From positions 1,922-65,921 of the forward strand of contig NZ_CAXBLF010000008.1 of assembly GCF_963976535.1 (NCBI RefSeq): a DNA stretch of 64,000 nucleotides, written 5' to 3'. Origin of the DNA: an uncultured Algibacter sp. Lineage in GTDB: Bacteria > Bacteroidota > Bacteroidia > Flavobacteriales > Flavobacteriaceae. The translations under genes were made by a program, and so were the position numbers. This document shows, piece after piece, positions 29,902 to 39,198 of this stretch. Under the pieces are notes generated by a model. It worked only from the letters and a program-made list of their open reading frames with translations. It had not been told where the DNA came from and searched no databases. Positions within the stretch are counted from its first letter, which is position 1. Each line of letters starts with the position of its first letter.

Positions 29902-30592
29902 TGTTATTCAGAGCATAACGAAGAATCTACTTTACAAAAATTTATCAAATTGCAAGTATAAAACAATAAGTGTATATATTTTTTGATGATGAGACTTTAA
30001 GATTCATTAGTCGTACCTCCATCTGAATGACATTCGATTTATTTTCCTTTGAATGACAATGTCATTCAGAGCGGAGCGAAGAACCTCTTTTATAAAAAGT
30101 TTATTAAATTAACAGTATGAAAACAATTGGCAATCATAATTATTACGTTTACATGCTTACTAATAAAAGTAAAACGGTTTTATATACTGGTGTGACTAAT
30201 AATTTGAAAGATCGTCTTTATTTTCATAAAAATCCACTTCCATTTTCTAAAGCATTTACATCGAAATATAAATGTTATTATTTAGTTTATTATGAGCATT
30301 TTTTTCAAATTGAAAACGCAATTAAAAGAGAGAAACAGATAAAAGGTAAGAGTAGAGCAAAAAAAGACGCTTTAATTTTCGATTTTAATCCTTCGTGGTC
30401 CTTTTTAAATGAAAATATATAATTTTTCAAGATTCTTCAGTCGTTCCTCCTTCTGAATGACATTACGGTTTCTTTTCTTTGAATAGCAATGTCATTCAGA
30501 GGGTAGCGAAGAATCTTTTTTAATAATATTTTACTAAATTCACATTATTAGAGCTAATAAGATTCTTCAGTCGTACCTCCTTCTGAATGACA
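29902..30592. mobile_element. Array of three palindrome-pair (REPIN-like) units, the middle one carrying a GIY-YIG gene
   Basis: A arms at 29902, 30060 and 30490 (TGTCATTCAGAG..GCGAAGAATCT); B arms at 30000, 30430 and 30560 (AGATTCTTCAGTCG..CCTCCTTCTGAATGACA). Confidence 0.8.
30117..30422 (+). CDS. Stand-alone GIY-YIG nuclease (UPF0213/YhbQ-like)
   Basis: YYVYML...LYTGVT...DRLYFH...LVYYE...AIKREKQIK...NPSW. Confidence 0.93.
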   Translation: MKTIGNHNYYVYMLTNKSKTVLYTGVTNNLKDRLYFHKNPLPFSKAFTSKYKCYYLVYYEHFFQIENAIKREKQIKGKSRAKKDALIFDFNPSWSFLNENI

Positions 30593-30611
30593 AAAAGCTT
30601 CATATCAAAAT

Positions 30612-30971
30612 ATGGCACAACACAACGAACTCGGTAAAAAAGGCGAACAATTAGCAGTTGATTTTCTTCTGAAAAACAACTACGATATTGTGGAGCGCAA
30701 TTACCGTTTTGATAAAGCCGAAGTAGATATCATAGCCAAAAAAGATAATATTCTAGCCATTATTGAAGTAAAAACACGTTCGACTACAGATTTTGGTGAT
30801 CCACAAGATTTTGTAAAGCCTAAACAAATTCAACGCTTAGTAAAGGCGGTTGATGAATATGTAACTGTAAATGATTTAGATGTAGAAGTGCGATTTGATA
30901 TTATTGCTATTGTAAAAGAAGGTAAAGCCTTTAATATTGAGCATCTAGAAAATGCTTTCTATCATTTTTAA
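30612..30971 (+). CDS. YraN family (UPF0102) protein
   Basis: GKKGEQLA, EVDIIAK, IEVKTRS, RFDIIAI. Confidence 0.93.
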   Translation: MAQHNELGKKGEQLAVDFLLKNNYDIVERNYRFDKAEVDIIAKKDNILAIIEVKTRSTTDFGDPQDFVKPKQIQRLVKAVDEYVTVNDLDVEVRFDIIAIVKEGKAFNIEHLENAFYHF

Positions 30972-30975
30972 TAGC

Positions 30976-32316
30976 CTATTCTTCTTTTTCTTCTTTCTCA
31001 AAATATTTTTTCAAGGCATCAAAATCTACGGGTTTTGAAATAATTTTTTTATCGGTATCCAATATGAAATAAGTTGGTGTTGATGTAACGCCGTAGGCAT
31101 CTCCAATTTCATTATCCCATTTCCCTTCTCCATAAACATGGATAAATTCTGGATAGCTATACGTTAAATCTTTCCATTTATAAGGCTCATCTTCTAAACC
31201 AATAGCCACCACTTTTACTTTATCTTTTTCCAGAGATTTGATGAATGTTTGTAGCTGAGGCACTTCATCCAAACAATGTGAACAGGTGCTACTCCAAAAT
31301 ACTATAATGTAGTTTTCTGCACCTTCTAATTGGGTTAACTTCTTTTCAACTAATTTGTCCTTTTCTTTTATTTCAATATTAAAATCTGGTGCTACATTCC
31401 CATTTGAAATGTTTTTACATAAGATTAAAGCATGTAAAAGTTCTTGATCATTTAAAGCCACAGCCACATCCATTAGATAATTTTCAGCAATATAATTTGC
31501 AATAGATTCGAAACCTAAATCAGACATTTGTTGCCATAAATCAAATAATAAAATACGCTGTACTTCTTTAGGAGCATCTTTCATGTAGCTATAAACCACA
31601 TCAATATTTTCTTTGTAATTTTCTAATTCATCTTTAGAATCAGAAGACATTCCAAAAACATAATTTAGCATACGTTCTTCTAAAAAATTAGAACTTTGAA
31701 GTATTGGATTATTAAAATTAACATGATCAAAATAATGCTTTTTTAAATTATTTATGTATGTTTTTACATCTTCAACTTCTTCGGGAATATATGGCTTGTT
31801 TGCTTTGATAAACTCTAGTGCTCTACTATCTTTAGCGACTTTTTCAAAATTTTCTTGGGTTTCTCTCTGCGTTTTAAAAATGGTTTTTAATGCTGTAGTA
31901 TCTTTACTTTCTTGACTAAAATAATTACCAATACTTTGGGTTACCATAGACATGCTATTGGTGTAAGAAGCTAATAATTTATTTTCGGTAGATTTTTTAA
32001 ATTCTACACCCGTTTCAGAATTAAACGTGAGTTCGATATCTTCCTTACCGTCATAAATAATATCAAAATTATAATCTTCTTGTGGCACCGCATAAACCAA
32101 ACGATACATCCCTTTTGTATTTGTTGAATCTAGTTTAAACTCAAAACTCCCATCTTCTTGTAATTCGGCGTTTGAAACATAGTCTGATATGGTAGGAGTC
32201 ACTTTATATAATAATGCAAAATTATAATCTTTTGCTGGAGAAAATGTTCCTTTTATGGTGTTTTGCGCTAGTAAGATACTAGGCCATAAAGCAATTAAAA
32301 AAAGTATATGTTTCAC
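30976..32316 (-). CDS. Exported TlpA/AhpC-TSA thioredoxin-domain protein
   Basis: Signal peptide; FWSSTCSHCLDEVP. Confidence 0.85.
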   Translation of the reverse strand: MKHILFLIALWPSILLAQNTIKGTFSPAKDYNFALLYKVTPTISDYVSNAELQEDGSFEFKLDSTNTKGMYRLVYAVPQEDYNFDIIYDGKEDIELTFNSETGVEFKKSTENKLLASYTNSMSMVTQSIGNYFSQESKDTTALKTIFKTQRETQENFEKVAKDSRALEFIKANKPYIPEEVEDVKTYINNLKKHYFDHVNFNNPILQSSNFLEERMLNYVFGMSSDSKDELENYKENIDVVYSYMKDAPKEVQRILLFDLWQQMSDLGFESIANYIAENYLMDVAVALNDQELLHALILCKNISNGNVAPDFNIEIKEKDKLVEKKLTQLEGAENYIIVFWSSTCSHCLDEVPQLQTFIKSLEKDKVKVVAIGLEDEPYKWKDLTYSYPEFIHVYGEGKWDNEIGDAYGVTSTPTYFILDTDKKIISKPVDFDALKKYFEKEEKEE

Positions 32317-32375
32317 AATAATAATTTATTTTAAATTTTCCCTTCAAGGGCATGGTAATTAGTCAAAAACAATAA

Positions 32376-35300
32376 TCAAGCCACAATAGGTTGTAAAGTC
32401 TCTAATGCTTGTTTTACAGATTTAATATTCTCAAAAGTTAGCATTAATCTTAAACCGCTTCGAGTTTGTTTCTCTTTCATTTTACAAGTGCTAGGATTAG
32501 TTTGTACAAATTGCAACACTTTGGTAAAATTAGCACTTTGATAAAACCTACTTTGTTGATCGTTTATAAAATAACCAATCAACTTACCTTGTTTCATAAT
32601 AATTTTTTCAAACCCAATTTTAGTAGCTAACCACTTTATTTGGACACTATTTAATAAATCGGTCACTTGTTTTGGTAATTCTCCAAAACGGTCGATTAAA
32701 TCCATTTCAAAGATATGCAATTCTTCTTCTGTTTTTAAGTTATTAAGCTGCGTGTATAAATTAAGTCGTTCAGCAATATTATTCACATAATTATCTGGAA
32801 ATAAAAGCTCAAAGTCAGTATCAATAGTTACATCTTTAACGTAAACTTTGTTAGCTTCATCTTCATTATATAAATCTTTAAACTCATTTTCTTTTAACTC
32901 CTCGATAGCTTCATTCAATATTTTTTGATAGGTATCAAAACCTATTTCATTTATAAAACCACTTTGTTCTCCGCCCAATAAATCGCCAGCACCACGAATT
33001 TCTAAATCTTTCATCGCGATATTGAATCCGCTTCCCAATTCCGTGAATTGCTCTAAAGCTGTAATACGTTTTCTAGCATCATCAGTCATGGCCGAATACT
33101 CTGGTGTAATAAAATAACAGAATGCTTTTTTGTTACTCCGACCTACTCTACCGCGCATTTGATGCAAATCGCTTAATCCAAAATTATTGGCATTATTGAT
33201 GAAAATGGTATTAGCATTTGGTACATCAAGTCCGCTTTCTACAATTGTCGTACTTACCAATACATCAAAACCGCCATCCATAAACGAAAGCATAAGTTGC
33301 TCTAATTTTTTACCTTCCATTTGCCCATGACCGATACCTATTTTTGCATCGGGCACCAAACGTTGAATCATACCTGCAACTTCTTTAATATTTTCAATAC
33401 GATTATGTATAAAGAAAATTTGCCCACCACGTTGTATTTCGTAGCTGATGGCATCACGAATAGTTTCTTCGCTAAAACGAATTACGTGACTTTCAATCGG
33501 GTATCGATTTGGAGGTGGTGTTGTAATGACTGATAAATCTCGAGCAGCCATTAAGCTAAATTGTAACGTTCTCGGGATTGGTGTAGCGGTTAACGTTAGC
33601 ACATCCACATTATCTTTTAAAGTCTTAAGTTTTTCTTTTACGGCTACGCCAAATTTTTGTTCTTCATCAACAATCAACAAGCCTAAATCTTTAAACTTAA
33701 CATTTTTATTAACGAGTTGATGTGTGCCAATAAGGATGTCCACTTTCCCCTGTTCTAAACCTTCTAAAGTTTCTCGTTTCTCTTTTGCTGTCCTAAAACG
33801 GTTGACGTAATCTACCGTAACAGGAAAATCTTTTAAACGCTCTCTAAACGTTCTAGAATGTTGATATGCTAAAATGGTAGTTGGCACCAAAATAGCAACT
33901 TGCTTCCCATTATCTACCGCCTTAAACGCTGCACGAATTGCTACTTCGGTTTTACCAAAACCTACATCGCCACAAATCAAACGATCCATGGGGCGTTCAC
34001 TTTCCATGTCTGCTTTTATATCAGCTGTTGCCGTAGTTTGGTCTGGAGTGTCTTCGTAAATAAAAGAGGCTTCCAATTCGTGTTGCATATAACTATCAGG
34101 ATTATACTGATAGCCTTTTTCGGTTTTACGTTTCGCGTAAAGTTTTATTAAGTTGAAAGCCACATGTTTTACACGTGCCTTTGTTTTTTGTTTTAGGGTT
34201 TTCCAAGCATTACTTCCCAATTTGTAAATCTTGGGTGGTTTGCCATCTTTACCATTAAACTTGGTGATTTTATGTAGCGAATGAATACTTAAATACAGCA
34301 CATCGCGCTCGCCATAAACCAATTTAATGGCTTCTTGTTTTTTACCTTCTACATCTATTTTTTGAAGTCCGCCAAATCGCCCAATACCATGATCGATGTG
34401 TGTTACGTAATCGCCAATATCTAAATTTGTGAGTTCCTTTAATGTTATGGCTTGCTTTTTAGCATACCCGTTTTTAAGATGAAATTTATGATAACGCTCG
34501 AAAATTTGATGATCGGTGTAACACACTATTTTATTATCGTGGTCTGTAAAACCTTGATGTAGGGATAAAATAATGGTTTGATATTCTTTGACATCGAGAT
34601 GTGAATCATCAAAAATATCATGAAAACGTTTTGCCTGTTGTTCGCTTACGCATGCAATGTAGTTTGTATAACCGTTTTCGCTATTGGTATTTAGATCTTC
34701 GATTAATAGATTGAATTGTTTATTGAATGCTGGTTGCGGTGTGGTGTGGTGTTCAATAGTTTGAGATTCTTCGCTTCGCTCTGAATGACAAAAGACACTC
34801 TGTGTCCCAAACTCTATAACTGAAAAGTCGAGTAACTGCCTTTTTAATACTGTTGAATTACAAAATAGTTCGTTAGGTTCGGCATGTTTAATATCTGTTG
34901 AAAGTGTTTTAAAAGCGTCTTGTGCTTTATCATAAAAATCATCAATTCTAGAAAAAAGTAAATCGGCATTTTTTAAACACACTACTGTTTTTTGAGCAAT
35001 ATATTTCAGAAAACTTTGTCGGTTTTCTTGTAATAATTTATTCGCTACATTAGGAATAATGCTGATTTTTTTAATCTGCTCGATGGAAAGCTGTGTTTCT
35101 ACATCAAAGGTTCTGATACTGTCCACTTCATCACCAAAAAACTCGATTCGATAAGGCTCGTCATGTGAAAATGAAAACACATCTACTATGCCGCCTCGCA
35201 CTGAAAACTCTCCAGGTTCTGTAACAAAATCGACACGCTTGAATTGATATTCAAACAAAACTTCGTTTACAAAATCAATAGACACCTTATCATTGACACC

Positions 35301-35735
35301 AATTTTTAGTGTGTGACGTTCTAGCTCTTTTCTAGTAACTACCTGTTCAAAAAGGGCATCGGGATAGGTAACAATAATTGCTGGTTTTTTTTGAGAATTT
35401 ATACGGTTTAAAACCTCGGCGCGTAATAACACATTGGCGTTATCGGTTTCTTCTATTTCATAAGGTCTGCGGTAACTGCCAGGATAGAACAGCACATCTT
35501 TGTCATTGCAAAGTTGTTCTAAATCGTTTAGGTAATGTGCCGCTTCTTCTTTATCGTTAAACACCAACAAAAATGGTTTTTCAGCTGCTTTAAAAACTGT
35601 TGAAATAACAAAAGAAAAAGAAGATCCTACAAGTCCTTTTAAATGTGTTTTTGTTCCAGTTTGGGCAATAGCATTCCGCAGATTTTGCGTTTGCAAAGTC
35701 TGTAAATAGGTTTTCGAGAGAATGGTTTTACTCAC
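32376..35735 (-). CDS. mfd: Transcription-repair coupling factor
   Basis: CarD-like HIDHGIGRF, CGDVGFGKT, DEEQKFG, TATPIPRT, QMRGRVGR. Confidence 0.97.
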   Translation of the reverse strand: MSKTILSKTYLQTLQTQNLRNAIAQTGTKTHLKGLVGSSFSFVISTVFKAAEKPFLLVFNDKEEAAHYLNDLEQLCNDKDVLFYPGSYRRPYEIEETDNANVLLRAEVLNRINSQKKPAIIVTYPDALFEQVVTRKELERHTLKIGVNDKVSIDFVNEVLFEYQFKRVDFVTEPGEFSVRGGIVDVFSFSHDEPYRIEFFGDEVDSIRTFDVETQLSIEQIKKISIIPNVANKLLQENRQSFLKYIAQKTVVCLKNADLLFSRIDDFYDKAQDAFKTLSTDIKHAEPNELFCNSTVLKRQLLDFSVIEFGTQSVFCHSERSEESQTIEHHTTPQPAFNKQFNLLIEDLNTNSENGYTNYIACVSEQQAKRFHDIFDDSHLDVKEYQTIILSLHQGFTDHDNKIVCYTDHQIFERYHKFHLKNGYAKKQAITLKELTNLDIGDYVTHIDHGIGRFGGLQKIDVEGKKQEAIKLVYGERDVLYLSIHSLHKITKFNGKDGKPPKIYKLGSNAWKTLKQKTKARVKHVAFNLIKLYAKRKTEKGYQYNPDSYMQHELEASFIYEDTPDQTTATADIKADMESERPMDRLICGDVGFGKTEVAIRAAFKAVDNGKQVAILVPTTILAYQHSRTFRERLKDFPVTVDYVNRFRTAKEKRETLEGLEQGKVDILIGTHQLVNKNVKFKDLGLLIVDEEQKFGVAVKEKLKTLKDNVDVLTLTATPIPRTLQFSLMAARDLSVITTPPPNRYPIESHVIRFSEETIRDAISYEIQRGGQIFFIHNRIENIKEVAGMIQRLVPDAKIGIGHGQMEGKKLEQLMLSFMDGGFDVLVSTTIVESGLDVPNANTIFINNANNFGLSDLHQMRGRVGRSNKKAFCYFITPEYSAMTDDARKRITALEQFTELGSGFNIAMKDLEIRGAGDLLGGEQSGFINEIGFDTYQKILNEAIEELKENEFKDLYNEDEANKVYVKDVTIDTDFELLFPDNYVNNIAERLNLYTQLNNLKTEEELHIFEMDLIDRFGELPKQVTDLLNSVQIKWLATKIGFEKIIMKQGKLIGYFINDQQSRFYQSANFTKVLQFVQTNPSTCKMKEKQTRSGLRLMLTFENIKSVKQALETLQPIVA
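34764..34790 (-). repeat. REP A-arm in frame inside mfd (CHSERSEES)
   Basis: Reverse complement tgtcattcagagcgaagcgaagaatct matches the 30060 and 30490 arms at 25/27. Confidence 0.9.
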
Positions 35736-35863
35736 GTAATTTTTGTTTTTACGGTTGCAAAGATACGGTTTAGAATTATTTTTGGGATGATTTGATTTGA
35801 ATTTGCTATTCTTAGAGTAATATTAATTTTCAGAACTAAAAAGGTGTGGTTTAGCTCTTCTCT

Positions 35864-35940
35864 CGCATTAGGGATTGAACGGTCTGTTTGATCCAGATGA
35901 TAATCGGGAGAGTGGTGCCCGACCCTTGTGGTAATGGCCA
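35864..35940 (+). ncRNA. Structured Flavobacterial repeat/ncRNA candidate (Flavo-1-like)
   Basis: gcattagggattgaacgg...gcccgacccttgtggtaatggcc shares both ends with 48045-48218; family assignment is from recall, not computed. Confidence 0.4.
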
Positions 35941-36011
35941 AAAAATTAAAATTTCGGATTAAATTCTTAAAAAAAATATGTAGGTTTGTAGCACTAAAAA
36001 AACAAAGATAT

Positions 36012-36443
36012 ATGTCGTTTTCAGATTTATTTGATAGTGGGTTTAAAAAGCGTAATGAGAACCATTTTGCAGCAATTGTTCGTGTGGCTATGGCCGATGG
36101 TGTAATTACTAATGATGAAAAGCAGTTTTTGGATAGGTTAGCGCGAAACTTAAACATTAGCGAAGGGGATTATAAAGTGATTTTGAAAGATTATCAGTCG
36201 CATCCTATAAACCCGCCTATATCCTACGACCATAGATTAGAGCGTTTATATGATTTAGTGCGTATGATACATGTTGATACCATAAAAGGTGACCCAGAAA
36301 TGCTGCTTTTAAAGAAAATTGGGGTTGGTCTTGGTTTTCATGCTGTAAACGTAAAGTATATTGTTGATAAGGCTTTAACACTAGTTGGTAACGGTGTGGA
36401 TTTAGACACTTTTATTGAAGAAATAAAGCATATGAATAGATAA
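36012..36443 (+). CDS. TerB family (tellurite-resistance-like) protein
   Basis: MSFSDLFDSG, AAIVRVAMADG.I...E...L; start chosen at 36012. Confidence 0.8.
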   Translation: MSFSDLFDSGFKKRNENHFAAIVRVAMADGVITNDEKQFLDRLARNLNISEGDYKVILKDYQSHPINPPISYDHRLERLYDLVRMIHVDTIKGDPEMLLLKKIGVGLGFHAVNVKYIVDKALTLVGNGVDLDTFIEEIKHMNR

Positions 36444-36466
36444 AAGGATCTGTTTTAAAACATTAT

Positions 36467-36654
36467 TGTCCGATAAAAGAATCAAGACCGCTGCGCTAAT
36501 AGAATATAGAATTAAGACTTGATTTTAACGCATTGATAATCAATCTACAATAGATTTATCATTTCAGAAAGCTTTTAATTTTTTACTTGTTGTAAAAGTA
36601 AGGGGCATATCTCAAAAAAAACTTTTAGACTATACCCAATCTATCGTTCGGACT
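36467..36654 (+). mobile_element. Degenerate MITE-like element, copy 1
   Basis: First 38 nt match 50733-50770 at 34/38; right end ttcggact. Confidence 0.5.
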
Positions 36655-36726
36655 ATCTTACAAATTTTAATCGAACACCATTGGATTTAAAACTATAAAA
36701 AATGCGAACTTGTTGGTTCGCATTTT

Positions 36727-38880
36727 TTATTTATGTAATTTTAATTGAATACGCTTACGTGGAATATCTACCTCTAACACTTTTACAATAATTTGTTGAT
36801 GCAAACTCACGTGTTCGTTTACATCTTTTACAAATGAATCAGATAAGTTTGATACATGAATTAATCCACTTTCTTTGATACCAACATCTACAAAACATCC
36901 AAAGTTTGTTATGTTATTGACGATTCCTGGAAGTAGCTGTCCTTCGCGTAAGTCGTTTATCGTTTTTATATTTTGATTGAAGGTGAATACTTTAGCTTGC
37001 TCTTTAATATCCAAACCAGGTTTTTCAAGTTCTTTAATGATATCTTCAAGCGTTAGCAGCCCAACTGAATCTGTGCAATATTTTTTTAAATCAATCTTTT
37101 GAAGTACATCTTTATTTCCAATTAAATCATGAACTGATTTACCCAAATCTTTAGCCATTTTAGTTACTATCCCATAACTTTCAGGATGTACTGCAGAATC
37201 ATCCAATGGGTTTTTAGCACCCTTAATTCTCAAAAATGCAGCGCCTTGCTCAAAGGCTTTTTCGCCTAAACGTGGTACATTTTTAATCTCTTTTCTAGAT
37301 GTGAATACGCCATTTTCATTTCTGTAATTGAAAATATTTTCGGCTAGTTTTGAACCAATACCTGAAACAGAGCTTAGCAACGGTTTACTTGCTGTATTGA
37401 TGTTTACACCAACAGCATTTACACAATTTTCTACCACAACATCCAATTGCTTTTGAAGTTTGGTTTGATCTACATCATGCTGGTATTGACCAACGCCAAT
37501 AGATTTTGCATCAATTTTTACCAATTCGGCTAGCGGATCTTGTAAACGACGCCCAATAGAAACTGAACCCCGAACCGTAACATCATAATTTGGAAATTCT
37601 TCTCTAGCAATTTTTGAAGCTGAATAAATACTAGCTCCTGCTTCACTCACCACAAACACTTTTACATCGTTTTTAAAATGCACTTTTCTAATCAAAGCTT
37701 CTGTTTCTCTTGAAGCGGTGCCATTTCCAATGGCTATGGCTTCAATTTTATAAGCATCGGCTAACGAGCCTATTTTTTTCATAGCTCCGATGCTATCGCT
37801 TTTTGGTGGATGCGGATAAATGGTTTCGTTATATTTTAATTGCCCTTGAGCGTCTAAACATACCACTTTGCAACCTGTTCTAAATCCTGGGTCTATGGCT
37901 AAAACGCGTTTTTCACCTAATGGCGACCCTAATAATAATTGTTTTAGGTTTTTAGCAAATACGATAATTGCAGATTCATCGGCTTTTTCTTTTGCAATTT
38001 GCAACGCTTCATTACTTAAGGACGGTAATAATAATCGTTTGTAAGCATCTTTAATGGCAAGTTCTATTTGTTCCCTGCCAGCAGGCAGGCTAGGCGCGCA
38101 AGCGTTATTACCCCGATAGCTATCGGGGCGAATCATTCTACTTTCAATTTTATCTAAAGCTTTATCATTATCTATCTCAATTTTAACACGAATAAACCCT
38201 TCACTTTCGGCTCTTAAAATAGCTAACAATCGGTGTGATGGAATTCTGCTTAAGCGCTCTTCCCAATCAAAATAATCTCTAAACTTTTGCGCTTTTTCAT
38301 CCGCTGCCTTTGTTTTTATCACTTTCGTGGAAATCATAGCGAAACGCTCTAATTGATGACGAATATTATTTCTTATATCGGTTCGTTCATTAATCCATTC
38401 GGCAATAATGTGTCGCGCCCCTTCTAAAGTGTCTTCAACTGAATTTATCTCGCCTTTCACATATTTAAATGCTATGGATTCGATATCGTTAACATTTTGG
38501 CTCATTATGATTTTAGCGAGTGGTTCTAATCCATTTTGGCGTGCTTTTTCTGCTTTGGTTTTTCTGCTTTTCTTGTATGGTAAGTATAAATCTTCAAGTG
38601 TGGTTATATCTTGAGTAGCTTCTATTTTTTGTTTTAATTCTGGAGTTAAAACAGCTTGTTCTTCTAAAGCTTTTAAAATGGCTTTTTTTCGTTTTTCTAA
38701 AGCTTCAAATTGCTCTTTAAGCTTAACGATTTCTCCTATTTGAACCTCATCTAAATTTCCCGTGCGTTCTTTTCTGTAACGCGAAATAAAAGGGATGGTG
38801 CAATCTTCATTAAGTAATTCAATCGTGTTTTTTACCGATTGTTTAGGTAGTTTCGTATTTGAAATTATATAATCTATCAT
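36727..38880 (-). CDS. tex: Tex family RNA-binding protein
   Basis: TIPFISRYRKE, DPGFRTGCK, GRRLQDPLAELVK, HhH and S1 domains. Confidence 0.95.
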   Translation of the reverse strand: MIDYIISNTKLPKQSVKNTIELLNEDCTIPFISRYRKERTGNLDEVQIGEIVKLKEQFEALEKRKKAILKALEEQAVLTPELKQKIEATQDITTLEDLYLPYKKSRKTKAEKARQNGLEPLAKIIMSQNVNDIESIAFKYVKGEINSVEDTLEGARHIIAEWINERTDIRNNIRHQLERFAMISTKVIKTKAADEKAQKFRDYFDWEERLSRIPSHRLLAILRAESEGFIRVKIEIDNDKALDKIESRMIRPDSYRGNNACAPSLPAGREQIELAIKDAYKRLLLPSLSNEALQIAKEKADESAIIVFAKNLKQLLLGSPLGEKRVLAIDPGFRTGCKVVCLDAQGQLKYNETIYPHPPKSDSIGAMKKIGSLADAYKIEAIAIGNGTASRETEALIRKVHFKNDVKVFVVSEAGASIYSASKIAREEFPNYDVTVRGSVSIGRRLQDPLAELVKIDAKSIGVGQYQHDVDQTKLQKQLDVVVENCVNAVGVNINTASKPLLSSVSGIGSKLAENIFNYRNENGVFTSRKEIKNVPRLGEKAFEQGAAFLRIKGAKNPLDDSAVHPESYGIVTKMAKDLGKSVHDLIGNKDVLQKIDLKKYCTDSVGLLTLEDIIKELEKPGLDIKEQAKVFTFNQNIKTINDLREGQLLPGIVNNITNFGCFVDVGIKESGLIHVSNLSDSFVKDVNEHVSLHQQIIVKVLEVDIPRKRIQLKLHK
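38074..38128 (-). repeat. Two palindromes in frame inside tex (RPDSYRG and SLPAGR)
   Basis: ccccgatagctatcgggg (38111-38128) and cctgccagcaggcagg (38074-38089). Confidence 0.88.
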
Positions 38881-38896
38881 TCTTTTTCAATTAAAA

Positions 38897-38929
38897 AGAC
38901 CTGTCAGGTTTTAAAAACCTGACAGGTCT
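38897..38929. repeat. Palindrome AGACCTGTCAGGTTTT-AAAACCTGACAGGTCT
   Basis: 16-bp arms; split halves recur at 60325-60344 and 60544-60563. Confidence 0.88.
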
Positions 38930-38960
38930 AATTTATAGCTTAATTTAACTTTACAAAAAC

Positions 38961-39122
38961 TTAAGCCACTTTTTTAACCAAATCAAAACAAGGGCATTTT
39001 TCACAACGCTTGTTCTCACCTTTTTTAAATTTTTTACAGCAACTGTCTTTTACTTTTTTAGGCAATTCAATACCTAATTTTCGTAATTTTTTAATTGCTT
39101 TCTTTTTCTTCTTTTTGCCCAA
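38961..39122 (-). CDS. 53-aa basic Cys-rich small protein (TTG start)
   Basis: MGKKKKKKAIKKLRKLGIELPKKVKDSCCKKFKKGENKRCEKCPCFDLVKKVA; has its own -7 element TATTTTTG at 39151-39158. Confidence 0.7.
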   Translation of the reverse strand: MGKKKKKKAIKKLRKLGIELPKKVKDSCCKKFKKGENKRCEKCPCFDLVKKVA

Positions 39123-39150
39123 AACAGAATGTAATATTCAAATCGTTGTG

Positions 39151-39183
39151 CAAAAATAGGTTATTTTTATTAAATCTAAATAA
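39151..39183 (-). promoter_or_regulatory. -7 element plus Fur-like operator
   Basis: Reverse complement of 39161-39183 is ttatttagatttaataaaaataa. Confidence 0.6.
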
Positions 39184-39198
39184 GCTTAAATGTTAAAA

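Noticed and set aside
29902-30592. Possible CRISPR array
   Set aside because: Repeats alternate as inverted A/B arms with irregular spacing and a gene inside; there are no uniform direct repeats with unique spacers and no cas genes.
35732-36157. Minus-strand 141-aa ORF and the 28-aa N-terminal extension of the TerB-like gene
   Set aside because: They read through the structured repeat and antisense to terB; no recognisable protein features.
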